Shown here: positions 28,313 to 37,610 of the stretch, piece after piece
How positions within the stretch are numbered: the stretch's first letter is position 1
Layout: every line of letters begins with the position of its first letter
The notes under the pieces: model-generated
What the model was told of the DNA's origin: nothing
Database searches by the model: none
What the model saw: only the letters and a program-made list of their open reading frames with translations
Translations under genes and position numbers: made by a program
From: Nitrococcus sp.
GTDB taxonomy: Bacteria; Pseudomonadota; Gammaproteobacteria; Nitrococcales; Nitrococcaceae
DNA: 52,629 nt
Assembly (NCBI GenBank): GCA_030452265.1
Contig: JAKDMQ010000001.1
Location: 1 to 52,629, forward strand
Direction: 5' to 3'

Positions 28313-30702
28313 TCCACCGCCTCCACCATCCGCCCCCCATCCACCCCCAAAATATCGGCAATCAGCCCTTCGGCTTGCTGCTCCAGCGCGAGGATGTCGC
28401 GGGTCACTTCTTCCAGGCTGCGCAGCGGTTTGTGGCGGTAGAAATATTTGTTGAAGCTGATCTCGTCGCCGATTTTCACGCTGTCGAGGTTGATCCAGGC
28501 CTCGGGCACGTGGGGTTTCACTTCGGCGGTGAAGTAGCGGTGGATGTGGTCTTTCAGCGGCACGGATTCGCTGTCGCGCAGGTCGGTGGCGGTTTCATAT
28601 TGCAGGTAGCTGCCGTCCGGCTGGACGTACCAGCCGAAGTCGGCCAGGTCCTCGACGCTGCAACCCAGATGCTCGGTCAGCTCGGCCAGCGCGTCGGCGG
28701 CCAGCTTGTGGCGCTTGGCGATGACTTTCTCGGCGGTTTTGTCGTACCAGCTCACGGCGTCGAGAATGGCCTTTTTCTCCGCCGCGCCGAGCCTGAGCTT
28801 GCGTGCCTTGAGGGCTTGATCGACGCGCCGGCGGAAGGCGTTGAAGTCGGCGGTTTCCTCGCGGCCGATCTCATCCATGAGTTGGCGGGCGGCGTCCAGC
28901 AGGTTGCGCTGCTTGATCCAACTTTTTGTGTCGGTGAGTTTGCCGCGCTGTTTGGCGTTGAGGTTGATGCCCTGCTCCTCGCACCAAGCGGTGATGGCTT
29001 TGAGCCGGTCTTGCAAAAAGCCGGATTCGTACACCTTCTCACCATGTTCTTCCCACAGCCATTGCATGGGCTCGCGCAAGTGCTTGTCGAAGCGCAGCGG
29101 TGCGATGCGCTCGGCGCTGAAACACGCGCGGCGGCGGTCGGGGCGCTCGATGCTGACCTTGTAGTAGCCGAAGTCGGCGTTGTCGAACACCTGCGCGGCA
29201 ATGCCGGTGCGGTCACCGTTGTCATCCAGCGCACGTTCGATGGCGGCCACTTCGCGGTGTGCCTGGGTGATTTCGCGGATGTGCTCGTCGGCCAGTTCGC
29301 AGTTCTTGTCGCCCAGGTTCTTGCGCAGCTTGCGGTAGAGCAGATTGGCGTCGATGAGTTGCACGCGGCCACGGCGGCTTTCCGGCTTGTTGTTGGACAG
29401 CAGCCAGACGTAGGTGGTGATGCCGGTGTTGTAAAAGAGGTTGTTGGGTAGCTGGATGATGCTATCCAGCAGGTCGTTTTCGATGAGGTAGCGGCGGATG
29501 TTGGATTCGCCGCTGCCGGCATCGCCGGTGAACAGGCTGGAGCCGTTGTGCACCGAGGCGATGCGCGAGCCGATGGGGCTGGCCGTGAGCGGCTTCATCT
29601 TGCTGACCATTTCCATCAGGAACAGCAATTGGCCATCGGAGCTGCGCGGGGTGGCGTCCACCGTTTCGCGGTTGCCCCAGTAGTCGGTAAGCGCCACCTG
29701 AAAGCGCGGGTCGATGACGTCGTTGCCGTCCTTGATGTATTTGACTTCGCTGGACCAGCTTTTGCCGTAGGGCGGGTTGGAGAGCATGAAGTCGAAGCGG
29801 TTGGCGGCGAATTCATCGCTGGACAGGGTGGAGCCGACGCGGATGTTTTCCGGGTTGTTGCCCTTGATCATCATGTCCGACTTGCAGATGGCGTAGGTCT
29901 CGTCGTTGATCTCCTTGCCGTAGAGGTAAACGTCGCCGCTGGCCGCAATCGGGCTGTCTTCCCCCTTGATATGGTTCTGCGCCACCGTGAGCATGCCGCC
30001 GGAGCCGCAGGCGGGATCGTAAATGGTCATCACCGGCGGCAGTCGATCCTTGATGGGGTCGAACACCAGATGCGTCATCAGGTGGATCACCTCGCGCGGG
30101 GTGAAGTGCTCGCCGGCCTCCTCGTTGTTGTCTTCGTTGAACTTGCGGATCAGCTCCTCGAACACATAGCCCATGCCGAGGTTGGACAGCCCCGGCAGGG
30201 TGTTGCCTTCAGGGTCTTCGATGACATCGGGCGTGAGATTGATGTAGGGCGAGACGAATTTTTCGATGACATCGAGCAGCACCTGCTTGTTGGCCATGTG
30301 GCGCATCTTGTCGAGCAGATGAAAGTGGCCGATGATTTCCTTGACGTTGGCGCTGAAGCCGTCGAGGTAGTCCTCGATGTTGGCGAGCAGAATCTGCTGG
30401 TTGTTGGTGGCGGTGTGGTGGACCTTTCGCAGCGTCCACTGGCTGGTGTTGAAGAACACATAGCGAGCCGCCTCGCGCAGCGGCTCGTCGTCCAGCTCTA
30501 GCGCCTGCATTTCTTCCTTCTGGTAGCGTAGTTCTTCCAGCACGGCATCCTTGGTGGGTTCCAGCAGGGTATCCAGGCGGCGCAACACCACCATGGGCAA
30601 GATGACATCGCGGTATTTGCCGCGCACGTAAACGTCGCGCAGGCAATCGTCGGCAATGCGCCAGATGAAGGAAACGAGCTGGTTGTGGGATTGTTGGTTC
30701 AT
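28309..30702 (-). CDS. hsdM: Type I RM N6-adenine methyltransferase
   Basis: AGEHFTPREV, YDPACGSGG, NPPY and FYNTGI motifs. Likely ATG at 30702 (MNQQSH). Confidence 0.95.
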   Translation of the reverse strand: MNQQSHNQLVSFIWRIADDCLRDVYVRGKYRDVILPMVVLRRLDTLLEPTKDAVLEELRYQKEEMQALELDDEPLREAARYVFFNTSQWTLRKVHHTATNNQQILLANIEDYLDGFSANVKEIIGHFHLLDKMRHMANKQVLLDVIEKFVSPYINLTPDVIEDPEGNTLPGLSNLGMGYVFEELIRKFNEDNNEEAGEHFTPREVIHLMTHLVFDPIKDRLPPVMTIYDPACGSGGMLTVAQNHIKGEDSPIAASGDVYLYGKEINDETYAICKSDMMIKGNNPENIRVGSTLSSDEFAANRFDFMLSNPPYGKSWSSEVKYIKDGNDVIDPRFQVALTDYWGNRETVDATPRSSDGQLLFLMEMVSKMKPLTASPIGSRIASVHNGSSLFTGDAGSGESNIRRYLIENDLLDSIIQLPNNLFYNTGITTYVWLLSNNKPESRRGRVQLIDANLLYRKLRKNLGDKNCELADEHIREITQAHREVAAIERALDDNGDRTGIAAQVFDNADFGYYKVSIERPDRRRACFSAERIAPLRFDKHLREPMQWLWEEHGEKVYESGFLQDRLKAITAWCEEQGINLNAKQRGKLTDTKSWIKQRNLLDAARQLMDEIGREETADFNAFRRRVDQALKARKLRLGAAEKKAILDAVSWYDKTAEKVIAKRHKLAADALAELTEHLGCSVEDLADFGWYVQPDGSYLQYETATDLRDSESVPLKDHIHRYFTAEVKPHVPEAWINLDSVKIGDEISFNKYFYRHKPLRSLEEVTRDILALEQQAEGLIADILGVDGGRMVEAVE

Positions 30703-30769
30703 GTTGTCTCGGGTTGTTCGCTTACTGGATGCTGCCGACTGGCCGGGCGGTGCCAATGGCGCGCGGGCT

Positions 30770-30958
30770 TTGTTCTTTCTCGTACTGGTGCGATTGGATG
30801 AGAAAGGCGCCCGACCCGACGGTGGGGTCGTACACTGTGTTGCCGGCCCGGGGCTTGGTGATCTGCACCAGCAGGCGCACCACCTCGGTGGGGGTGTAGA
30901 ACTCGCCGCCCTTCTTGCCGGCGCTGTCGGCGAAGTACTTGGTCAGGTAATCGTTTTC
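30770..30958 (-). pseudogene. hsdM: Fragment of a different-subfamily HsdM
   Basis: YLTKYFADSAGKKGGEFYTP.EVV.LLV...P..G..VYDPTVGSG; clearly divergent from the intact hsdM. Confidence 0.85.
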
Positions 30959-30988
30959 ACGGGTGAGCGCCCGGGCCTCGCGAACCTT

Positions 30989-31075
30989 AAGCACCTTCCA
31001 ACCCTCCGGCACCTCCCCCAGACACGGCACGCCGGAGTCCTTCATCGCGGGGTATGGCTGGGGGGTGGCGACCAT
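30989..31075 (-). pseudogene. hsdS: hsdS 5' stub, copy 1
   Basis: MVATPQPYPAMKDSGVPCLGEVPEGWKVL, with RBS GGAG. Confidence 0.8.
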
Positions 31076-31121
31076 CTCCGCTCCTCCCATTCGTGCCCTT
31101 CGCGCCTTCGCGTGCCATCGC

Positions 31122-31181
31122 CCCCAAGCACGCCACGCCGGAATCCTTCATTGGCGGATAGGGCTTTAACCGATTGCTCAC
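31122..31181 (-). pseudogene. hsdS: hsdS 5' stub, copy 2
   Basis: MSNRLKPYPPMKDSGVACLG; the GTG overlaps the Fic stop (GTGA). Confidence 0.75.
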
Positions 31182-32359
31182 GGCCGATCCTCTGGCTCAT
31201 CCGTGAACAGCCGTACGTAAGGCTCATAGCTAAAGCGACGGTTACGCGCGTTGCCGGTAATCTCACGCAGTATGCCCATCTCCGTCATGCGGGCGACCAA
31301 CTGGTTTGCCGCCGCAAAGCCGGTTCCGGTGAGTTTTTGCGCCATGCCTACCGAGATGATGGGCCGATCGAACAGCGATTCCAGCACGCGATGCCCGTTC
31401 GCCGCCGCGCGCCCGAGGCCGGCGGTGATGTCGGTACGATTCTGCTCGCGTAGCAGCAGCACCCGCCGCGCGGTCTCGGTCGCTTCGTTGCTCACCAGCG
31501 CTACGCCATGCAGGAAGAACGTGAGCCAGCCTTCCCAATCGCCTACGTCACGGATCGCCTGCAGCCGCTCGTAGTACTCCTGTCTGTACCGTTTTAGATA
31601 GTGCGACAGGTACAGCACCGGCTTTTCGAGCACGCCGCGCTCGGCGAGCAGGAAAGTGATCAGCAACCGGCCGAGCCGGCCGTTGCCGTCCAGGAACGGG
31701 TGGATCGTCTCGAACTGCGCGTGCGCCAGGCCGATCTTGACTAGCAGCGGAAGGCCATCCTTTGAATGGAGGAAGGTTTCCAGTGCACCCAGCACCTCCG
31801 CCACCCGCTCGGGCGGGGGCGGCACGAAGACCGCATCCGTGATGCCGCTGCCGCCCGGGCCGATCCGGTTCTGGCTTTGGCGCAGCTCGCCTGGGAGCAG
31901 GCGACCACCACGCACGCCGCGCATCAGCCGCTCGTGGATCTCGCGCATCAGCCGCACCGATACCGGAAGCTCGGGGAGCCGCTTGAGGCCGTAATTCATG
32001 GCATGAACGTAGTTGACTACCTCGTCCACATCCCGCGGCACAGCCACGCTATCGAACAGGGAGGCTTCCGCGGCAAGGAGATCCTGTAGCGAACTTTGCG
32101 TGCCCTCGATCTGGCTGGAGAGCACCGCCTCTTTGCGCACGTACATGAAGACGAAGAGGTCCGGATTCGGCAGCGTGGTGACGGACCCGTCCAGTCGGCC
32201 CAACGCCCGGTCTGCCCGAGACAGAAGCACTCGCAACTCGCCGTCGAGGCGAAGCGGCGGCTCTGGCGGCAATGGTGTTGGCACAAACGCGCGATGCCCG
32301 GCTCGCTGTCGCACATAGTGGCCGCTTCGCCCGTGGGCGCCGCGCGCTGTCGTGTCCAC
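31178..32359 (-). CDS. Fic family protein (class II, Fic_N + Fic + C-terminal wHTH)
   Basis: Canonical HPFLDGNGRLGR, inhibitory SSQIEG, and C-terminal GILREITGNARNRRF. Start codon uncertain. Confidence 0.92.
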   Translation of the reverse strand: MDTTARGAHGRSGHYVRQRAGHRAFVPTPLPPEPPLRLDGELRVLLSRADRALGRLDGSVTTLPNPDLFVFMYVRKEAVLSSQIEGTQSSLQDLLAAEASLFDSVAVPRDVDEVVNYVHAMNYGLKRLPELPVSVRLMREIHERLMRGVRGGRLLPGELRQSQNRIGPGGSGITDAVFVPPPPERVAEVLGALETFLHSKDGLPLLVKIGLAHAQFETIHPFLDGNGRLGRLLITFLLAERGVLEKPVLYLSHYLKRYRQEYYERLQAIRDVGDWEGWLTFFLHGVALVSNEATETARRVLLLREQNRTDITAGLGRAAANGHRVLESLFDRPIISVGMAQKLTGTGFAAANQLVARMTEMGILREITGNARNRRFSYEPYVRLFTDEPEDRP

Positions 32360-32400
32360 GCTATTTGCTACCCATAACAAGGAGGTCGGAATGACCGTAT

Positions 32401-32472
32401 ATTATTGACACACGATAATACAGTGCAACATTGCTCTCTTTGTTATCGCCAGTGAATAACACCAGGTTATTC
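32401..32472 (-). promoter_or_regulatory. Putative Fic promoter with palindromic operator(s)
   Basis: AT-rich patch. Minus strand TTGCAC-N16-AATAAT, and a perfect 7-5-7 palindrome GAATAAC-ACCAG-GTTATTC at 32454-32472. Confidence 0.45.
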
Positions 32473-32492
32473 CAGCGTCCCGTATCCGCCGC

Positions 32493-32573
32493 CTCCCAGT
32501 GATCCGGCACCTCCCCAAGCCATGGCACGCGGGAGTCCTTCATCGCGGGGTAGGGCTTGAGGTCGGCGATAAT
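32493..32573 (-). pseudogene. hsdS: hsdS 5' stub, copy 3
   Basis: (M>I)IADLKPYPAMKDSRVPWLGEVPDHWE; DNA nearly identical to copy 1 over about 55 bp. Confidence 0.8.
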
Positions 32574-33016
32574 CTGCCGTGCCCCGATTTCACTGCCGGG
32601 TTCTCTGGATCTTCGGCCCAGGCCGCTGGATTGTTGGCAAGGTACTCGCGGATCCCATTGAGTGAGGCATCGTCGCGAATCACGTGTTCGTGGAAATTGC
32701 GCTGCCACAGTTTGCCGCCGAACGGCGGCCAGCCGAGGGTCTTCACGCCGCGCGTGAATTCGATCGTGGTCAACGATTTGTACGCACCCACCACCGATCC
32801 CACCGCCAATCGGGGGCCGTCGGCAACGGCGCGCGCCTGGCCTGGTGTAGGGGCACCCCTCGTGGGTGCCCTGCTGTTCGGTATGCCGGTTGGGTTCAGG
32901 GCACCCACAAGGGGTGCCCCTACGGTCGCGCACCGGTTTTTCTCGGTCAATACGATGATGCCGTGGACGTGGTTCGGCATGACGACGAGTGCCCGGCACA
33001 GCAGGCTCTCGCCCAT
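32570..33016 (-). pseudogene. REP-associated tyrosine (HUH/Y1) transposase remnant, N-terminally truncated
   Basis: VVMPNHVHGI (HUH), LWQRNFHEHVIRD and REYLANNP motifs. Confidence 0.85.
32847..32923. repeat. GTAG-type REP doublet inside the transposase coding sequence
   Basis: GTAGGGGCACCCCTCGTGGGTGCCCT (32847-32872) and inverted AGGGCACCCACAAGGGGTGCCCCTAC (32898-32923). Confidence 0.9.
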
Positions 33017-33180
33017 CGATCAGCAGGGAACACAAGCGCCCTAGCCAAGAGATGGCCAAAAACGGCCTACGGATCGATCCCCGAGCGGAACGGCCCTGTG
33101 CATGCCGATACTTTAGCCTAGCCGATGAACGCCGCGGTGTTACGCGCGCCTCAGTTTCTTGGCTCAAGACCGACGGGCTG

Positions 33181-33987
33181 CTAGCGGTGGAGGATGAACT
33201 GCAGTACCAGCTTGGTGCCGAAGTAGGCCAGCATGAGGGAGAAAAAGCCACCGAGCGTCCAGCGTATGGCCGTGCGCCCGCGCCAGCCAAAGCGCCAGCG
33301 ACCGAAGAGCAGCACGCCGAATACGACCCAGGCGGTAATCGAGAGCACGGTCTTGTGCACCAGATGCTGGGCGAAAATATTATCGAGCGACAGCGCGCCG
33401 GTAATGAGCGAGATGGTCAACACTACAAAGCCCAGCCGCAGGAGCTGGAACAGCATCCCCTCCATGGTCTGCAAAGGCGGGAGCCTGCGGATGAAGCCGC
33501 CGGGGTGGCGATTGCGCAGATGATATTCCTGCACCCACAGCAGGAGGGCTTGCGCGGCTGCAATGCCAAGCAGACTATAGGCCACCATGGAGAAGAGGAT
33601 GTGCCATTCGATGTTCACTCCAATGGGTACGCTGCTGGCGTAGCTGCGACCGAAGATCAAGCTGAGCAAAGCGGTTGCGGCAGCGACTGGAAGGATGACG
33701 ATGCCTAGATTTTCCACCGGCTGGCGCAAGGTCGCGAGCAGCAGGAGCGCGGCCATCAGCCAGCCGATCAGGGAAGCGGCGTTGAAGAAGCTCAAATTGA
33801 GCCCCGCCGCGGTCCAGGTGGTCTGATATACCTGCATGGCATGCATTGCGACCGCCAGCAGGGCCAGCATCAGACTGGCGCTGCGAATCGCCGTTCCACT
33901 GGGGCGGGAGACGAGACGCAAAGTAAGCCCTGTGCTGGCGGCGAGGTACAAGCCGGAGGCAATGAGAGTCAGCGACGTGTGATTCAT
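33181..33987 (-). CDS. ypjD: CcsA-like inner membrane protein YpjD
   Basis: LPPLQTME, HKTVLS and GRWRFGWRG motifs; divergent from ffh. Confidence 0.88.
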   Translation of the reverse strand: MNHTSLTLIASGLYLAASTGLTLRLVSRPSGTAIRSASLMLALLAVAMHAMQVYQTTWTAAGLNLSFFNAASLIGWLMAALLLLATLRQPVENLGIVILPVAAATALLSLIFGRSYASSVPIGVNIEWHILFSMVAYSLLGIAAAQALLLWVQEYHLRNRHPGGFIRRLPPLQTMEGMLFQLLRLGFVVLTISLITGALSLDNIFAQHLVHKTVLSITAWVVFGVLLFGRWRFGWRGRTAIRWTLGGFFSLMLAYFGTKLVLQFILHR

Positions 33988-34115
33988 CAGCTCGTGGCGG
34001 GCGCTGTTCAAGACCCGACGCATAATCGCATAGAACGGCCGGCTATTCGAGCCCAAAAAAACCCAAGCCCACGTTACAATGGCGGCTAGCAGTGTGAGGA
34101 CATCACGACGTGGCC

Positions 34116-35492
34116 ATGTTCAGCAACCTGAGTGACCGACTCGATGGCATCGCCCGGCGGCTTCGCGGCCAGGGCCGATTGACCGAGGACAATATCAAGG
34201 AAACGCTGCGCGAAGTCCGCATGGCTTTGTTGGAGGCGGACGTCGCGTTGCCCGTCGTCAAGGCTTTTATCGGCGAGGTGAAAGAGCGGGCGCTCGGTGA
34301 GGAGGTGATGAAGAGCCTCACGCCGGGACAGGCCTTCGTCAAGATCGTTCGTGACGAAATGGTGCGGATGATGGGTGAGAGCAACGATGCGCTCGATCTC
34401 AACGTCCGGCCACCGGCCGCGGTGATGGTGGCGGGTCTGCAGGGCTCGGGGAAAACGACCAGCCTCGCCAAGCTGGCGCGCTGGTTGCGCGAGCGCCATA
34501 AGAAGAACGTCCTCACCGTCAGTCTGGATGTCTACCGGCCTGCCGCAATCGAGCAACTGCAGCGCCTTGCCGCGGATGTCGAGGTCGGGTTCTTTCCGAC
34601 GCAGGCGAGCGACGATCCGGTGCAGGCCGCCAGCGCCGCCCTGGATCACGCGCGTAATCACTACTATGACGTCCTGCTCCTGGATACCGCGGGCCGGCTG
34701 CATGTGGATCAGGCGATGATGGACGAGGTCCGGCGCATTCATGGCGCGGTGCAGCCGGTGGAAACCTTGTTCGTCGTGGACAGCATGACCGGTCAGGACG
34801 CCGTGAATACGGCCAAGGCGTTCGATGAGGCATTGCCTTTGACCGGCGTTATTCTGACCAAAGCCGACGGTGATGCCCGCGGGGGCGCCGCACTGTCGAT
34901 TCGCTATGTCACCGGCAAGCCCATCAAATTCCTTGGCGTGGGCGAGAAGACCGACGCACTGGAGCCGTTCTACCCGGATCGGGTTGCCTCGCGCATTCTG
35001 GGTATGGGCGATGTGCTGAGTCTGGTGGAGGAGGTCGAGCGCAGTGTCGATAGCAGCCAGGCCGAACGGTTGGCGCAGAAGTTCAAGAAGGGCAAGGCCT
35101 TCGATCTGGAGGATTTGCGCGAACAGATGCTGCAGATCAATCGCCTCGGTGGATTGACGGGGATAATGGACAAGCTGCCCGGGATGGGGCGGATGCAGAA
35201 CCAAGTCAAAGGGCAGATCGACGATGCCATGGTGCGACGCCAGGTCGCGATCATCAACTCCATGACCTCGCTCGAGCGCCGCCGGCCCGAGATCATCAAC
35301 GGTTCGCGCAAGCGCCGTATCGCAGCGGGTGCCGGGGCTCAGGTCCAGGCCGTCAACCGGCTGCTCAAGCAGCACAAGCAGATGCAGAAAATGATGAAAC
35401 AGTTCAAAAAGGGAGGTATGAAACAGCTCATGCGCCAGTTCGGTGGCGGCGTGCCCTCTAGAGGGTTCCCGCCGGGATTAGGTGGCGGTTGA
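34116..35492 (+). CDS. ffh: Signal recognition particle protein
   Basis: GLQGSGKTT, DTAGR, TKADGDARGG and a Met-rich M domain. Confidence 0.97.
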   Translation: MFSNLSDRLDGIARRLRGQGRLTEDNIKETLREVRMALLEADVALPVVKAFIGEVKERALGEEVMKSLTPGQAFVKIVRDEMVRMMGESNDALDLNVRPPAAVMVAGLQGSGKTTSLAKLARWLRERHKKNVLTVSLDVYRPAAIEQLQRLAADVEVGFFPTQASDDPVQAASAALDHARNHYYDVLLLDTAGRLHVDQAMMDEVRRIHGAVQPVETLFVVDSMTGQDAVNTAKAFDEALPLTGVILTKADGDARGGAALSIRYVTGKPIKFLGVGEKTDALEPFYPDRVASRILGMGDVLSLVEEVERSVDSSQAERLAQKFKKGKAFDLEDLREQMLQINRLGGLTGIMDKLPGMGRMQNQVKGQIDDAMVRRQVAIINSMTSLERRRPEIINGSRKRRIAAGAGAQVQAVNRLLKQHKQMQKMMKQFKKGGMKQLMRQFGGGVPSRGFPPGLGGG

Positions 35493-35600
35493 GCACGCGG
35501 GCCGTACAACGGCTGCTGCACGAGACGTGGGATTCCAGTAGAATGCGCTGTTCCAGCCAATAACCGGCAGTTTGCCGACTTGAAGGACTAATCGCGGGCA

Positions 35601-35870
35601 ATGGTTACAATTCGTTTGGCAAGAGGCGGCGCGAAGAAACGGCCGTTCTACCATGTGGTGGTGGCGGACGTGCGCAGTCGCCGTGATGGGCGGTTCATCG
35701 AGCGTCTCGGATTCTATAATCCAATTGCGTCCGGCAACGACGTTCCACTGCGTCTTCACCTGGATCGCGTCGAGCATTGGCTGCAGCAAGGTGCTCAGCC
35801 GTCCGAGAGTGCAGCTCAGCTGATCGCAAGGGCGCGCAAAGGTGCCGCCGCGGAGAGCGCACAGGCCTGA
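35601..35870 (+). CDS. rpsP: 30S ribosomal protein S16
   Basis: [17 protein letters not shown]...RDGRFIE. Confidence 0.97.
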   Translation: MVTIRLARGGAKKRPFYHVVVADVRSRRDGRFIERLGFYNPIASGNDVPLRLHLDRVEHWLQQGAQPSESAAQLIARARKGAAAESAQA

Positions 35871-35880
35871 AGGCCGCGCC

Positions 35881-36399
35881 ATGATCCGAGCAGCCAATGC
35901 GGATCGGCGGATCATCATCGCTCGGATTGTAGGTGTTCATGGCGTGCAGGGGTGGGTGAAAATTTACTCCTATACCCACCCGCGCCAGGGCGTGTTCAAT
36001 TATCATTACTGGCTTGTGCGCCAAGCAGGCGAGTGGCGCTCCGTCGAGCTGGCCGATTGGCGCCGGCAGGCCAAGGTTTTGTTGGCGAAGCTCGAAGGCA
36101 TTAGCGAGCGGGATGAGGCCCGAGCTTGGATCGGCTGCGAGGTTGCGATACCGCGCGCTGCATTACCTGCCTTGCCGGCCGGAGAATACTACTGGGCGGA
36201 CTTGGTGGGGCTTCGAGTCCAGACCCTCGATGGCGTCGATCTAGGCCGGGTCGATCACCTGCTCGAGACGGGTAGTAATGATGTGCTCGTGGTCGTCGGT
36301 GATCGTGAACGGTTGATTCCGTTCGTGCCAGGACGAGAGATCGTCACGGTGGACCTCGATGCGGCGGAGATCCGCGTCGACTGGGATCCCCAATTCTAG
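35881..36399 (+). CDS. rimM: Ribosome maturation factor RimM
   Basis: HGVQGWVKI.SYT, GEYYWADL, ETGSNDVL and VDWD motifs. Confidence 0.95.
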   Translation: MIRAANADRRIIIARIVGVHGVQGWVKIYSYTHPRQGVFNYHYWLVRQAGEWRSVELADWRRQAKVLLAKLEGISERDEARAWIGCEVAIPRAALPALPAGEYYWADLVGLRVQTLDGVDLGRVDHLLETGSNDVLVVVGDRERLIPFVPGREIVTVDLDAAEIRVDWDPQF

Positions 36400-36402
36400 A
36401 AG

Positions 36403-37191
36403 ATGATTGCGGGCGGCGCTATCCGTTTCGATATCGTGACACTGTTCCCGGATTTCGTGCGCGCCGTCGTGAGCGAGGGCATCACGGCGCGGGCGTGTGA
36501 ACGGGGGTTGTTGCGGTTGGTGACCTGGAATCCGCGCGATTACGCGCGCGACCGCCATCGCAGTGTCGACGATCGTCCCTACGGCGGCGGCCCGGGAATG
36601 GTCATGAAGGTTGAGCCTCTGTGCGATGCCATCAGTGCGGCCCGTGCCGCGGTGGCGGATAGAGCTAGCGTCATCTGTTTGAGCCCGCAAGGCCAACTCC
36701 TGAATCAGGCTCGGGTGCAGGATCTGGCGCGGCGCCCGCGCCTGATCCTGCTATGCGGCCGCTATGAGGGTATAGATGAGCGCCTCATTGAGACCGAGGT
36801 CGATGAGGAGTATTCGATCGGTGATTATGTGCTCAGCGGCGGCGAGCTGCCGGCGATGGTGATCGTAGATGCCGTGGCGCGTCTGATCCCTGGTGTGCTG
36901 GGGCACGAAGACTCGGCCGGGCAGGATTCGTTCGTCACGGGCTTATTGGATTGCCCGCATTATACGCGGCCGGTTGAGGCTGGCGGCCGGCGAGTGCCCG
37001 ACGTGCTGTTGAGTGGCGATCATCGAGCGATTGCGCGTTGGCGCTACAAGCAGGCCCTGGGTAGGACTTGGCTGCGCCGCCGGGAGCTCCTGGATCGCCG
37101 CGGGCTCGATGGCGAGGCCAGTTTGCTGTTGCAGGAGTTCATCGACGAATACCGGGACGACTCGGGGATGCTAGAGGATACGAGATCATGA
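36403..37191 (+). CDS. trmD: tRNA (m1G37) methyltransferase
   Basis: [23 protein letters not shown] and [11 protein letters not shown] motifs. Confidence 0.97.
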   Translation: MIAGGAIRFDIVTLFPDFVRAVVSEGITARACERGLLRLVTWNPRDYARDRHRSVDDRPYGGGPGMVMKVEPLCDAISAARAAVADRASVICLSPQGQLLNQARVQDLARRPRLILLCGRYEGIDERLIETEVDEEYSIGDYVLSGGELPAMVIVDAVARLIPGVLGHEDSAGQDSFVTGLLDCPHYTRPVEAGGRRVPDVLLSGDHRAIARWRYKQALGRTWLRRRELLDRRGLDGEASLLLQEFIDEYRDDSGMLEDTRS

Positions 37192-37577
37192 GCAAAATCG
37201 TTCAGGAGATCGAGCAGGAGCAGATGGCCGCGATCAAGCGCGAGCCGGTCGCTTTCGCCGCGGGGGACACCGTCTGTGTCAACGTCTGGGTGAAGGAAGG
37301 CAATCGACAGCGCATCCAGGCTTTTGAAGGTGTGGTTATTGCCAAGCGCAACCGTGGCCTCAATTCGTCCTTTATCGTGCGCAAGGTATCGCATGGCGAG
37401 GGTGTTGAGCGAGTTTTCCAGCTTTATAGCCCGTTGATCGAGCGCATCGAGGTCAAGCGCCGTGGAGCCGTGCGCCGAGCCAAGCTCTATTATTTGCGCA
37501 GCCGCCAGGGCAAAGCCGCGCGTATCCGCGAGAAGATCCGTCCGAAATCCGGCGCCGGCTCGAGCAAGCTTGGCTGA
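37188..37577 (+). CDS. rplS: 50S ribosomal protein L19
   Basis: [24 protein letters not shown] and [10 protein letters not shown] motifs. Confidence 0.97.
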   Translation: MSKIVQEIEQEQMAAIKREPVAFAAGDTVCVNVWVKEGNRQRIQAFEGVVIAKRNRGLNSSFIVRKVSHGEGVERVFQLYSPLIERIEVKRRGAVRRAKLYYLRSRQGKAARIREKIRPKSGAGSSKLG

Positions 37578-37610
37578 TCAGGCAGCGGCCGCTTGCCCCG
37601 AGGCGCGGAG

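Noticed and set aside
30989-32573. hsdS stub repeats as a CRISPR array or invertible hsdS shufflon
   Set aside because: Spacing is irregular and gene-sized, and the repeats are protein-coding. All copies are in direct orientation, with no silent TRDs and no recombinase gene.
32361-33290. 309-aa minus-strand ORF spanning ypjD to fic
   Set aside because: An alternative-frame mosaic of ypjD, the transposase remnant and hsdS stub 3, not a coherent gene.
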